Shown in pieces: positions 16,009 through 29,179 of a stretch of DNA of 64,000 bases. Origin of the DNA: Paraspadella gotoi (lineage: Eukaryota; Animalia; Chaetognatha); assembly GCA_051294375.1 (NCBI GenBank), contig CM119264.1, positions 24,891,648 through 24,955,647 on the forward strand, written 5' to 3'. The first letter of the stretch is position 1. Every line of letters begins with the position of its first letter. The notes below the pieces were generated by a model. That model did not search any database. It saw only the letters and a list, made by a program, of their open reading frames with translations, and was not told the origin of the DNA. The translations under genes were made by a program, and so were the position numbers.

Positions 16009-16443
16009 AATTCGTTTCTCCATGGCTCCGTTTTCCGAAAGCAAAAGCTCAACCATTGGATTTTAATAGCTTCATACCAGATTGTATGAATTTTTTTTTT
16101 CGTTCGGCAAAATATTTTTACTCGTTCTTTTACAACCGTGATTTTGCTCTTATGCTACCATTTAGCATCTTTTACCACAGCCAGTGTAACTCGTTTCTAT
16201 TGTTACTTTTTACATATTGGTTTGCAATAAATGACTTCTTTATCAATTTTAAACAGCTCGGTTTATATTTTAAATTGGAAGACCTTTGCTAGATAGTAAA
16301 CGTGCTTGCCAGAGGCCGGTCACGTCACCACTAAAATATCAGTATTAGTCAGTTTTTTGCATAATTACAATTTAAAGTTTACATGCAACTAAGTTTCTTG
16401 ACAATAACAAACTATCTGGAAACCGAAAATGATTTATAGTAAA

Positions 16444-17787
16444 TTACCACACAATCACTTTGCCAATCTTTTCAACCTTCCGCCACAATCTGATTTCTTG
16501 TAAGGAGACAAAATTAACGGCTCTCTCTGCATCTTGCAACTCTAAAACTTTAATGCCGTAGCAAAGGTATTCTCCAACTGACTCTTTCGGGATTTCATTC
16601 TTGGAGTGATCTTGGCAGCTGGATATTCTTATATTGAAGGATCCCAAGACTTTCCACCTGAAAAAAGATTTTTAAATGGTTATTTTGTTTTAAACAATCT
16701 CCTCATAATTGATGATCAAACCATAATTTGGAAGAAGGTTTATATAGATTTGAAGGACTCGGACTTACCCATTGAAACAATGGGGATGATTGGTAGCTAC
16801 GATTTCAAACAATTTTGGCATCTGGTACCAAAAGTGATCAGGGTCGCAGCCATCGCGAACTCGAAATGTGACGACGTCGATAAATTTGGGCGACGGAAAT
16901 CTGATGTGGATCATTTGAGGAAGAGCGATGCCGTAAAGAATGGAACTTACTTCGCGTCCACTGTGGAAGGGAGAAAGTATTCAAAATATGGTTCTAAAGA
17001 TAAATTTGAGCATCGTCAAATAGTTTAAAATTAAAAATATAATGAAAGAATTTTGGTAGTTAACATTAGATTAATTCGCTGTCAGAAAAAAAACCTGTGC
17101 CATTCTCTTCCATTTGGACCAAAAACCATCAACGGAGCCCAATCATAACTGAAAAAGAAAGTTAACGAACTGAGAATAATTTAACGTTATCCCGAGAAAA
17201 ATCAAAGATTTAACCTTTCATAAATACTCGTCCATACTGCGCTGCATCCTTGGTAATTAACTTCATTGAGGAACTTTTCACCTATAAATTAAAGAAACAA
17301 AACAAACGGATATTTTGAAATACAATTTTTAAAAAAAATGTTTTGATGAACTTCGTGTTGCCAATTTACGGTTTTTTGGGCTCTTTTCCATTAGAACTCC
17401 AATTTTAATTCCCAAATCCTTAAAATTAATTTTTTATATTTGATTTTAATTCATCATATTTTTTACGTTCTTTAACCTTAATTCATAACTTAATCCATAT
17501 TTTAAACTTAAAAACTAATTTAATTCCAAATTTGAGGTAAAAATGGGAAAGTTAAGCCGAAAAATTTTACCCGATTTGATTTTTAATTTTATCTAAAATC
17601 AAAGTAACTAGAGAACCGTTCAAGAAGGTTTATCCGATAGGCCAATTTTCTTGTGATGTAAGTATAAAGTCTTACTTTTCAAAGAATCGCTCGACTGCAG
17701 TCCAGGTGGACACAGGAAATTAGATGGAGCAGAATCCGCCAAACTTTTACTCGAAGTCGCGCAAGAAAATAAAATTAGTAAAAGCAT
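16444..17787 (-). CDS. Secreted discoidin/F5-8 type C-like (galactose-binding-domain fold) protein, 212 aa, 5 exons
   Basis: Exons 17787-17676, 17281-17215, 17148-17095, 16960-16769, 16657-16444 total 639 nt, with all phases consistent and no internal stop. Protein: MLLLILFSCATSSKSLA...WHSGREVSSILYGIALPQMIHIRFPSPKFIDVVTF...QMPKLFEIVATN...GWKVL...YLCYGIKV...VSLQEIRLW, matching the motif order of discoidin-like domains. Confidence 0.8.
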
Positions 17788-18092
17788 TTTGTCTTTTGCT
17801 GTAGTTTGGAGAAATCGGCCCGAAAACAATGGGTACTAAAACACTAAAGTGATTTATTGTACTAAATTGTATCCGTCCCCTTTTTTTTTTTTGATCGATT
17901 TTATTTAAGCGAAACATTTGAGACCTAGGAAACGGCCGAGTCGAATTACAATACTAATATTCAAACTACATAGAATTTCAGATATTCCTTTCAAATGAGT
18001 CTGAACTCAAATTTCGTTTAAACAATAAGTGGATTTAGCAAAAAAAGGTAAAATGGGGAGAAAGGGAGGGCGAGAAGGGAAAATTAGATATA

Positions 18093-18150
18093 ATGAAATT
18101 GGTACAACCAGCCATAAAAATTATCCATTCATTTAATAAATAAGCTATCT
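18093..18150 (+). repeat. ~58 bp dispersed repeat (three independent loci in window)
   Basis: ATGAAATTGGTACAACC...ATCCATTCATTTAATAAATAAGCTATCT also occurs at 51043-51100 and, inverted, at 10070-10125. Duplicate copies lie at ~12008, ~24942 and ~56858. Confidence 0.75.
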
Positions 18151-18216
18151 AATAATAAGCTATATAATGTAATTTGTGTACTTTGGCGTATATTCACAGG
18201 CGTAGTGTTCATCCAC

Positions 18217-18370
18217 AGTCCTAACGACTTTACCTCTGCGTTGGCAAAGCAGAGACGTCCGTCTAGGGTAAACCGCGCAGTGACTGGAGGCGTCACTGAG
18301 GGTCGCAAGCCCCAAAGCACACAGTGAGATGCCCCATCCCAGGGGCATCACAGGCAACCCGGCGTGTGCC
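18217..18370. other. GC-rich cassette of consecutive hairpins (candidate structured RNA or element body)
   Basis: AGTC/GACT, CTCTGC/GCAGAG (18234/18249), CAGTGAC/GTCACTG (18278/18292), GGGTC-GCAA-GCCC, GATGCCCC/GGGGCATC (18328/18342), GGCA/TGCC. Confidence 0.5.
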
Positions 18371-19160
18371 ATAGTACTGAAGTCATTTGGAAAAACCGCC
18401 AAGTAATAAAAACTGGAGATTTAGCGAATGAGGTTTCGTTTAAAATCTCATTGCTTTGGACTCAAGAAATTACGTCAGGCAAGTAAGTTAGAAAACTTGG
18501 AAATAGATAATAAATTCATAAACAAACCTGGAAGCTGGAAGAACGTTTTACTTACCATATATACTCTCGCTCTCGCTCTCTCTCGTCTTCTATCTCCAAC
18601 CAAACACGAATAATCTTTCAAAATTTGCTCTCCACCTCATCATAAAAACCACCTCCCTGCGTCTCTCCCACCCCCCCCCCCCAAGTTCACGAAATCCAAA
18701 CGACATAACGAATTAGGCTAAATTGGCTCTTCCGCTCTCTTCTTTTTTTTTTTAAATTCAATTTCACATTTCAAAATCTCCGTCAGCAATCAGAAGCGTC
18801 TCTTCCATTCATCCCTCTCTGAAATTCCATCGTCTTATCCCTTTTTACTCCATCCATTTTGATCTCCGTCGCGCGATGTCCTTTGTTTCCTCTCTAATTT
18901 ACTCGCGCCCTCTCTTCTTCTTTTCTTTATAAAAAAAAAATTAAAATCACCGCCCGTCCTTCATTTTTCTTTCCTTTTGATTCTTGGGACGAGATTTTTT
19001 TCTTCCCTTTTATCCTTTTTATTTTTCTTCCTTTTTGATTTTATTTTTTTTTTGATTTCTGATTTTTTTCTCTTTTTTTTTTCTCCTCTTTTTTTTGTAT
19101 TTTTCTACTCTTCTGGTCATCGTTGGTTTTTTTTTCTTTCCGCTTCTCTCGTTTTATCTA

Positions 19161-19233
<73 letters not shown>

Positions 19234-19239
19234 ATCATA

Positions 19240-20628
19240 ATGTTTGGTAAAAGTTAACATGCGCTGAAGAAGACCGAAAAAGAGTCAAAACATGTCCATT
19301 TCAAAAATAAAAACTCGTTGTTTGTAAACAAAAATAAACTTTGTTTTTCTCTCTCAATTTTATTTCGAAAAACTTCGGTAGCGTATGATTTTTTCAAAGT
19401 TTGGTTGCCAAGCAGATTTAAAAATCGACAGATTTTTTGCAGAATTTTTTCCGCAAAAACCTGTCGATTGAGAGAAAAAAAATTACTTGACGCTTTCCAT
19501 TACATTAAAGAATGCGGTTTTTTTTAAATTCGTTAACCTTAGTATATTTCTCATCTATTAAAACTTATAAAAGAGTCAAAAACGAGTTTTAGTTTAAATA
19601 AAACGCACTCACAAATCCTCACAAATTAAAAAGTAGGCTTAAAAATTTTTTTGCAGCAAATATTAAATTTTTTGCCCTTATTTTTTAAGATACGAGAAGA
19701 CCAACAAAGGATATTTGATTAGAATTGTGACATTTTGAAGTATTTCGTTTAACAAATTGTATAAATGTAAAATGTAAGTTTTTTTTACTGTCAATTTAAA
19801 ATTAATTCATAGGCAAACAATAAATGACTAACGGCAAATGAACCAACTCAGAGGTAAGAAGATTAAGAAAGGACCAAAAGCCGGAGTAAAAAATTTTTCT
19901 TCATTGATCTAAGCGTTCAAATCTCAAGACAAAAGTCAAAATGGACAAAAATGGACATATTTTTTTATTAAAAGTAGCAAAAAAGATATTGATTCTTGAT
20001 TAGAAATGCAGCAGATGATTTTAATTAATCTGTAGTCTCGCCAACTTTGTCTTAGAGTTAAATTTAATCATTTTTGTAGGTAATTTTCTAACAGTATTGA
20101 AGAAAAGTGTTTTTTTGCCTAAATTCCTCGATAGAAATCACTGCCCAAAGAAATCGCTCAACCCCTGATCATCTTTCAAATACTAATAATTTTCTCTATT
20201 ATTACGAAACCTCAAATCAGCTCACCCCATTTTTCCCCCAAGAATATCCCCTCAGATCATATATGATTCATTCGGGCCAGAAATCCCCCCCCCCGTTTCT
20301 TTTCATTTCTCCATACCAAAGCAGCTCAGCTCGTGGGGCCGATTCGCTCATTTTTCAAATCCTCTCCTTTTTCGGATGCAAGGACTCCCTTCTTACCTTT
20401 CGCCCCTTCACTTCCTCGTTTTTTACTCACCTTCTTACCTTACCTTGACTTGGCTCCGTGGTAATCTCGGTTCCACCTTTTCAATCGTCAAGAGGCGCGG
20501 GCGACCCTTCTCTCTCTCTTCTCTCTCTCTTTTCTTTCACCTCTTCCTCCCTCGCGGTTTCCATTCCCCGGCTAATGAACGAACGGAGAGAGAGAAAGAG
20601 CGCGACGGACGAATGAAATATCGGCAAA
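19240..20628. repeat. Segment with inverted copies at 26120-27572 and (partially) 21070-21685
   Basis: ATGTTTGGTAAAAGTTAAC... is mirrored by ...GTTAATTTTACCAAACAT (~27560). GAATGAAATATCGGCAAA is mirrored at ~21100 and ~26140. Confidence 0.85.
19259..19322 (+). mobile_element. Second degenerate Penelope-type hammerhead/pseudo-LTR remnant
   Basis: CTGAAGA-AGAC...GTC-AAAAC-ATGTC-CAT followed by AAATAAAAACTCGTTGT, the same layout and tail as at 340-400. The GAAA core reads AAAA. Inverted copy near 27480-27540. Confidence 0.4.
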
Positions 20629-21047
20629 NNNNNNNNNNNNNNNNNNNNNNNNNAGCCAATCAGAAGCGTCTCTTCCATTCATCCCTCTCTGAAATCCCAT
20701 CGTCTTTTCCCTTTTTACTCCATCCATTTTGATCTCCGTCGCGCGATGTCCTTTTGTTTTCCTCTCTAATTACTCGCGCCCTCTCTTCTTCTTTTCTNNN
20801 NNNNNNNNNNNNNNNNNNNNNNNNNNNNNNNNNNNNNNNNNNNNNNNNNNNNNNNNNNNNNNNNNNNNNNNNNNNNNNNNNNNNNNNNNNNNNNNNNNNN
20901 NNNNNNNNNNNNNNNNNNNNNNNNNNNNNNNNNNNNNNNNNNNNNNNNNNNNNNNNNNNNNNNNNNNNNNNNNNNNNNNNNNNNNNNNNNNNNNNNNNNN
21001 NNNNNNNNNNNNNNNNNNNNNNNNNNNNNNNNNNNNNNNNNNNNNNN

Positions 21048-21085
<38 letters not shown>

Positions 21086-21689
21086 TCGCCAGATGATTTT
21101 GCCGATTATTCATTCGTCCGTCGCTCTTTCTCTCTCTCCGTTCGTTCATTAGCCGGGGAATGGAACCGCGAGGGAGAGAGGGTGAAAGAATAAAGAGAGA
21201 GAGAGAGAGAGAGAGAGGGTCGCCCGCGCCTCTTGACGATTGAAAAGGTGGAACCGAGATTACCACGGAGCCAAGTCAAGGTAAGGTAAGAAAGGTGAGT
21301 AAAAAACGAGGGAAGTGAAGGGGCGAAAGGTAAGAAGGGAGTCCTTGCATCCGAAAAGGAGAGGATTTGAAAAATGAGCGAATCGGNNNNNNNNNNNNNN
21401 NNNNNNNNNNNNNNNNNNNNNNNNNNNNNNNNNNNNNNNNNNNNNNNNNNNNNNNNNNNNNNNNNNNNNNNNNNNNNNNNNNNNNNNNNNNNNNNNNNNN
21501 NNNNNNNNNNNNNNNNNNNNNNNNNNNNNNNNNNNNNNNNNNNNNNNNNNNNNNNNNNNNNNNNNNNNNNNNNNNNNNNNNNNNNNNNNNNNNNNNNNNN
21601 NNNNAAAAATGGGGAGCTGATTTGAGGTTCGTAATAATAGAGAAAAATTATTAGTATTTGAAAGATGATCAGGGGTTGAGCGTATTTCT

Positions 21690-22225
21690 TTATTAATAGT
21701 TTTAAAAGAAAAAGCACGTGGAATGATTGATCATACGAAATAGTAAAGAAAACTATCAAGTAAAGATAACTATGTAAGGATAACTACATTTAACTAAAGA
21801 AGAACTTATTATCGATTTTTATAAATACCCATCTGAAGTAATGAGTTACTATATAACGATACAAATACTGTGTAACTGGTTCCAAACTGATGTTTGTGAG
21901 TTGGGTCAGAAATGCTTGGGTGAGTCGGTGTGTGAGGCAGGGATGAGGAGTTGAGGGTTTGAGGGTTTGAGGGTAAGTCTTCGCGAATGAAAAATGACTT
22001 CCCATTCGGGCAAAAATGCTCGGGGAAGAAAAGGCGGACGGTCAGTGGCACTGGTGAACTGGCAATGGTAGACTGGCAGTGGCAAAGGGTCAATCCAAGC
22101 AATCGGAAACTGGGCGGGCGCGAGGACAAACCGACGGGCAACCCTCGTTCGGTTCGTTCGGGCAAAGTCGGGCCAGAGAAACTCCTTTCAATGCTGAGAT
22201 GAGGATTGTGGCGGACGGGAAAGCT
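21690..22225. repeat. Direct copy of 28203-28720
   Basis: Shared TTTATTAATAGTTTTAAA...GGTAAGTCTTCGCGAATGAAAAATGACTTCCCATTCGGGC...GGCGGACGGGAAAGCT. Confidence 0.85.
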
Positions 22226-25200
22226 TTGCGACGCCGTGCTTGATTGATTTTTCAAGGTCAACTAAATTTTGTTTTAATAAAGTTGAATATTTAAATTTTA
22301 AATTTAATATTTTTTTTATCCAGGTCATGGACCAATCTGGATATCGATTGCGAACGATCCGACTCTCAGCCTCGCAACGCCTCCCTTGCGACACTGACTC
22401 ACGCGAAACTACACGCATGGATCGCAACGTCTATGGAAACTACACCGACTGTACCTGGTCTGCTTAAAACATTACTTTTTTAAACATTTTTACCGATGGA
22501 GTTTTATAAAGACTAATTTTTCATCTTTGACTCCCAGGTGCGCTCGGAGCCCAAAATGCCCTTACTTCAGCCGCATTTGACGACGACGGAAAATGATAGA
22601 ATACGATGAGGAGCCCAAACGCCGAACGCGTGCACGGTCCCGCTCAAACTTTACGCACAATGGACCGGTGAGTTGCATTAACCTCGCCATTCCCGACTCA
22701 GCAACGAGGTTAGAATTTTTTTAGTTTCTTTAGAACGAATACATTTTTATACTAATTTGTTTCTTTTTTAGGCCCGATCTCTTCGATGTGTTCTTTTCGA
22801 TCTTAAATTCGTTTTTCTCCATGGCTCCGTTTTCCGGAAAGCAAATAAGCTCAACCATTGGATTTTAATATGCTTCATACCAGATTGTATGAATTTTTTT
22901 CGTTCGGCAAAATATTTTTACTCGTTCTTTTTACAACCGTGATTTTGCTCTTATGCGTACATTTAGCATCTTGTTTACCACAGCCCAGTGTAACTCGTTT
23001 CTATTGTTTTTACATATTGGTTTGCCGCAATTAAATGACTTCTTTATCAATTTTAAACACTCGGTTTTATATTTTAAATTGGAAGACCTTTGCCTAGATA
23101 GTAAACGTGCTTGCCAGAGGCCGGTCACGTCACACTAAAATATCAGTATTTAGTCAGTTTTTTTGCATTAATTACAATTTAAAGTTACATGCAACTAAGT
23201 TCTTGACAATAACAAACTATCTGGAAACCGAAATGATTTATAGTAAATTACCACACAATCACTGCCGAATCTTTCAACCTTTCCGCCACAATTCTGGATT
23301 CTTGTAAGGAGAGCAAAATTAACGGCTCTCTTCTGCATCTTGCAACTTCTAAACTTTAATGCCGTAGCAAAAGGTATTATCTTTCCAACTGACTCTTTCG
23401 GGATTTCATTCTTGAGTGATTCTTGGCAGTGGATATTCTTATATTGAAGGATCCAAAGGACTTTCACCTGAAAAAAATTTTTAAATGGTTATTTTGTTTT
23501 TAAACAAATCTCCTCATTAATTGATGATCAAAACCATAATTTGAAGAAGGTTTATATAGATTTGAAAGGACTCGGAACTTACCCACTGAAACAATGGGGA
23601 TGATTGGTACTACGATTTTCAAACAATTTATGGCATCTGGTACCAAAAGTGATCAGGCGGTCCGCAGCCATCGCGAACTCGAAACTGTGACGACGTCGAT
23701 AAAAATTTGGGCGACGGAAATCTGATGTGGATCATTTGAGGAAGAGCGATGCCCCGTAAAGAATGAACTTTACTTTCGCGTCACTGTGAAGGGAGAAAGA
23801 TTCAAAATATGGTTTTCTAAAGATAAATTTTGAGCATTCGATCAAATAGTTATAAAATTAAAAATACTAATGAAAGAATTTTGGTAGTTAACAATAGCAT
23901 TAATCGCTGTCAGAAAAAAAAACCTTGTGCCATTTCTCTTCCATTTGCGACCAAAAACCATTCAACGGAGCCCAATCATAACTGCAAAAAGAAAGTTAAC
24001 GAACTGAGAATTAATTTAACGGTCTATCCACGCAGAAAAATCAAAGATTTAACCTTCTCATTAAATACTCGTTCCATACTGCGCTGCATCTTTTTTGGTA
24101 ATTAACTTCATTGAACTTCTTCACTTATAAATTTAAAGAAACAAAACAAACGGATATTTTGAAATACAATTAATAAAAAAAATGTTTGATGAACTTCGTG
24201 TTGCCAATTTACGGTTTTTGGCTTCTTTTCCATTAGAACTCCAATTTTTAATTTCCCAAATCCTTAAAATTAATTTTTTATATTGATTTTAATTCATCAT
24301 ATTTTTTACGTTCTTTAACCTTAATTCATTAACTTAATCCATATTTTAACTTAAAAACTAATTTTAATTCCAAATTGAGGTAAAAATGGGGAAAGTTAAG
24401 CCGAAAAATTTTACCCGATGTTGATTTTTAATTTATCTAAAATCAAAGTAACTAGAGAACCGTTTCAAGAAGGTTTTATCCGAGTAGCCCAATTTTCTTG
24501 TGATGTAAGTATAAAGTCTTTACTTTTTCAAAGAATCGCTCGACTGCAGTCCAGGTGGACACAGGAAATTAGATGGGCAGAATCCGCCAAACTTTTACTT
24601 CGAAGTCGCGCAAGAAATAAAAGTAGTAAAGGCATTTTGTCTTTTGCCTGTAGTTTGGAGAAATCGGCCCGAAACAATGGGTACTATAACACTAAAGTGA
24701 TTTATTGTATAAATTGTATCCGTCCCCTTTTTTTTTTTTTTTGATCGATTTCTATTTAAGCGAAACATTTGGAGACCTAGGAAACGGCCGAGTCGGATAT
24801 TACAATACTACATATTCAAACTACATAGAATTTCAAGATTATTCCTTTCAAATGAGTCTGAACTCAAAATTAAGTTTTAAACAATAAGTGCGATTAGCAA
24901 AAAAAGCGTAAACAATGCGGGAGAAAGGAAAATTAGATATAATGAAATTGGTTACAACCAGCATAAAAATTATCCATTCATTTAATAAATAAGCGTATCT
25001 AAAATTAAGCTATATAATGCTAATGTTGTGTACTGTGGCGGTATATTCACAGGCGTAGTGTTCCATCCACAGTTCCTAACGACTTTCCTCTGCGTTGGGC
25101 AAAGCGAGACCGTCCTAGGGTAACCGCGCCAGTGACTGGAGGCGGTCAACTGACGGTCGGAAGCCCCCAAAGGCAACAGTGAGATGACCCCATCCCAGTG

Positions 25201-26025
25201 GGCTCCACAGGCAACCCGGCTGTTGACCATTAGTACTGAAGTCATTTGAAAAAAACCAAGTAATAAAAACTGGAGTTTAGCATGAGGTTTCGTTTTTAAA
25301 ATCTCATTGCTTTGGACTCAAGAAATTACGTCAGGCACACGTAAGTTAGAAAACTTGGAAATAGGATAAAATTCATAAAAAACCTGGAAGCTGGAAGAAC
25401 GTTTTACTTACCATATATACTCTCGCTCTCGCTCTCTCTCGTCCTTCCTATCTCAACAAACACGCAATACATCTTTTCAAAATTGCTCTCCACCTCATCA
25501 TAAAAACTCCACCTCCCTGCGTCTCTCCGCACCCCCCCCCCCAAGTTCACGAAATCCAAACGACATAACGAATAGCTAATTGGCTCTTCCGCTCTCTCTT
25601 TTTTTTTTTTTAAATTCAATTTCACATTTCAAAATGTCCGCAGCCAATCAGAAGCGTCTTTCATTCATCCCTCTCTTGAAATCCCATCGTCTTTTCCCTT
25701 TTTTACTCCATTCCATTTTTGATCTCCGTTCGCGCGATGTCCTTTTGTTTTCCTCTCTATTACTCGCGCCCTCTCTTCTTCTTTCTTTATAAAAAAAAAA
25801 ATTAAAAATCACCCCGCGTCCTCATTTTTTCTTTCCTTTTGATTCTTTGGACGAGATTTTTTTGGTTTCTTCCTTTTATTCCTTTTATTTTTTTCTTCTT
25901 CTTTTGATTTTTATTTTTTTTGATTTCTGATTTTTTTCTCTTTTTTTTTTCTCCTCTTTTTTTGATGGTTTTTTCTTACTCTTCCTGGTCATCGTTGGTT
26001 CTTTCCGCTTCTCTCGTTTTAATCT
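22226..26025. pseudogene. Indel-ridden direct copy of 15448-19170 (3' exons of the orphan gene plus the whole discoidin-like gene); probably uncorrected long-read sequence
   Basis: Collinear from TTGCGACGCCGTGCT to GGTCATCGTTGG. Exons carry many 1-nt insertions and deletions but few substitutions. Confidence 0.7.
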
Positions 26026-26030
26026 GATGT

Positions 26031-26098
<68 letters not shown>

Positions 26099-28749
26099 TC
26101 TCTTCTCTCTCTACTCTCTTATTTTCGCCAGACTGATTTTGCGGATTATTCATTCGTCCGTCGCTCTTTCTCTCTCTGTTCGTTCATTAGCCGGGGAATG
26201 AACCGCGAGGGAGAAGGGTTGCAAAGAATAAAGAGAGAGAGAGATGAGAGAGAGAGAGGCGTCGCCCGCCGGCCTCTTGACGATTGAAAAGGTTGGCGGA
26301 ACCGAGATTACACGGAGCCAGTCAAGTAAGGTAAGAAAGGGATGTAAAAAAACGAGCGAAGTGAAGGGGCGAAGGTTAAGAAGGAGTCCTTTGCATCCGA
26401 AAAGGAGAGGAAATTTGAATAAATAGAGCGAATCGTGGCCCGAGCTGAGCTGAGCTTTGGTATGGAGGAAATGATTAAAAGGAACGGGGGGGGGATTTCT
26501 AGGCCCGAATGAATCATTATATTGATCTGAGGATATTCTTTTGGGGGAAAAAAATGGGGAGCTGATTTGAGGTTCGTAATAATTTTAGAGAAAAATTAAT
26601 TAGTCATTTTGAAAGGGGTTGAGCGTATTTTCTCTTGCAGTGATTTGCTATCGAGGAATTTAACAAAAAAAACCACTTTTTTCAATTACTGTTAGAAATT
26701 ACAACAAAATGATTAAATTTTACTCTTAAGACAAAGGATTGGCGAGACGTACAGATTAATTAAAATCATCTGCTGCTTTTTTCTAATTCAAGTAAATCAA
26801 TACTTTTTTGCTACTTTTAATAAAAGAAAATTATTGTTCCATTTTTGTCCAATTTTGACTTTGTCTTGACATTTGAACGCTTAGATCAATGAAGCAAAAA
26901 ATTTTTTACCTCCGGCTTTTGGGTCCTCTATATCTTCTTTACCTCTGAGTTGGTTCATTTGCCGTTAGTCATTTATGTTTGCCTATGAATTAATTTTTAA
27001 TTGACGAGCTAAAAAACTTACATTTTACATTTTATTACAACTTCTGGTTAAACGAAAATACTTTCAAAATGTCCACTATCTAACAAATATTCCCTATTGT
27101 TGGTGCTTCTGGTACCTAAAAAATAAGGCAAAAAAATTTAATAGTTTGCTGCAAAAAATTTTTAAGCCTACTTTTAATTGTGAGGATTTGTGAGGTGCGT
27201 TTTATTTAAACTAAAACTCGGTTTTGACCTTCTTTATAGTTTTATAGATGAGAATATACTAAGGTTAACGAATTAAAAAAACCGCATTCTTTTAATGTAA
27301 TGGAAAGCGTCAGTAATTTTTTTTCTCTTCAATCGACAGGTTTTTGCGGAAAAAATTTCTGCAAAAAATCGTCGAATTTTTAAATCTGCTTGCAACCAAA
27401 CTTGAATAAAATCATACGCTACCCGAAGTTTTTCTCGAAATAAAATTGAGAGAGAAAACAAAGTTTTATTTTGTTTACAACAACGAGTTTTATTTTTGAA
27501 ATGGACATGTTTTGATCTTTTTCGAGTCTTCTTCAGCGCAGTGTTAATTTTACCAAACATTATGATGAAGAGAGAGAAAGAGAGAGAGAGAGAGAAAGAG
27601 ATGAGAGAGAGAGGAGGAAGAAAGAGAGAGAGAACGTCACCAAAGAATTGAGTTATGGAAGTATTGAGGGTGAGAACAGTTGTAGACAGGAGTGACTATG
27701 ATGAAATAAAATAAAATTTTAATGCTTATTATGTTGGCGTGAAGAATCAAAATACTTCACATAGATAGAAAGAGAAAAAGAGAGTCAGAGCGAAAGTTCG
27801 AGAAAGAAAGAAAACAAGAAAAGCAGTGGAAAACAAAAATAAAGTTTAATATATAGCGTGCCGATTTTTTCCTAAGCAGTAGTAATCTTAAAAAACGCGA
27901 CAGATCTTACGAGCAATTTTATCTTTAAAGTTGTTCTTTCATGAAAAATCGTTTTTAGTTTCTTTTTTAATAAAGCTGATACCCGTAATTGGAATGATTA
28001 ACGTGAAAGAATCATGTCTTAACCGTATTTTGAAAGCATAGAAAAAATTCCAGACCCAGTGAGTTCTATGTTATAAGGAAAGATAACTAATGCCAACCGT
28101 TTTTTTAAATAAAGAAAGTTTATATTATCAGTGGGAAAAAAATAATAATAGTTATTTAAGTTTCAATTCAATGTTGAAATACCTCAAATCAAATCACTGG
28201 CCTTTATTAATAGTTTTAAAGAAAAAGCACGTGGAAAAAGAAAAAGAAAACTACAAGTAAAGATAAATATGTAAGGATAACTAACATTTAACTAAAGAGC
28301 TATTATCGCATTTTTATAAATACCTATCTAAAGTAATGAGTTATTTTTTACTATATAACGATACAAATACTGTGTAACTGGTTCCATAACTGATGTTCTG
28401 TGAGTTGGGTCAGAAAGCTTGGCTGAGTCGGTGTGTGTGGCAGGGATGAGGAGGGAGGGTTGAGGTAAGTCTTCGCGAATGAAAAATGACTTCCCATTCG
28501 GGCAAAAATGCTCGGGGAAGAAAAGGCGGACGGTTCAGTGGCACTGTGAACTGGCAATGGTAGGCTGGCAGTGGCAAAGGGTCAATCCAATCCAATCGGA
28601 AACTGTGGCGGGCGCGAGGACAACCGACGGGCAACCCTCGTTCTGGTTCGTTCGGGCAAAGTCGGGCCAGAGAAACTCCTTTCCAATGCTGAGATGAGGA
28701 TGTGGCGGACGGGAAAGCTGTGAAAAAAAGCGCGTCTGTTTGCCTCTGT

Positions 28750-28828
<79 letters not shown>

Positions 28829-29114
28829 AAGAAGAGATAGTGGGAAAAAACGGGGGGTAAACATGCCTAATTGAATTGGTGAAGGGGCTTAACGCATGAA
28901 ACAACAAAAAAAGANNNNNNNNNNNNNNNNNNNNNNNNNAAAAAAAAAAACTGGCTAGTTGAAGTACTAAATCTTTCAAGTCAAAAGGAAAAAAATAGTG
29001 AGGGATTATGATGCTTTGAGTGAAAGAGAAAAAAGAGTTAAAGAAAAGAATAAATGAGAGATAAGGTTTTTTTAATGACAGTAAAAATATTACAAAGAAA
29101 ATATAGTTAAATCA

Positions 29115-29179
<65 letters not shown>

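Noticed and set aside
16606-17028. 140 aa plus-strand ORF
   Set aside because: It is the antisense shadow of exons 4-5 and the intervening intron of the minus-strand discoidin-like gene, which has coherent splice sites and motifs.
28380-28720. GC-rich segment with open frames on both strands (copy at 21890-22225)
   Set aside because: The copies disagree by indels, and no consistent exon or domain could be identified.
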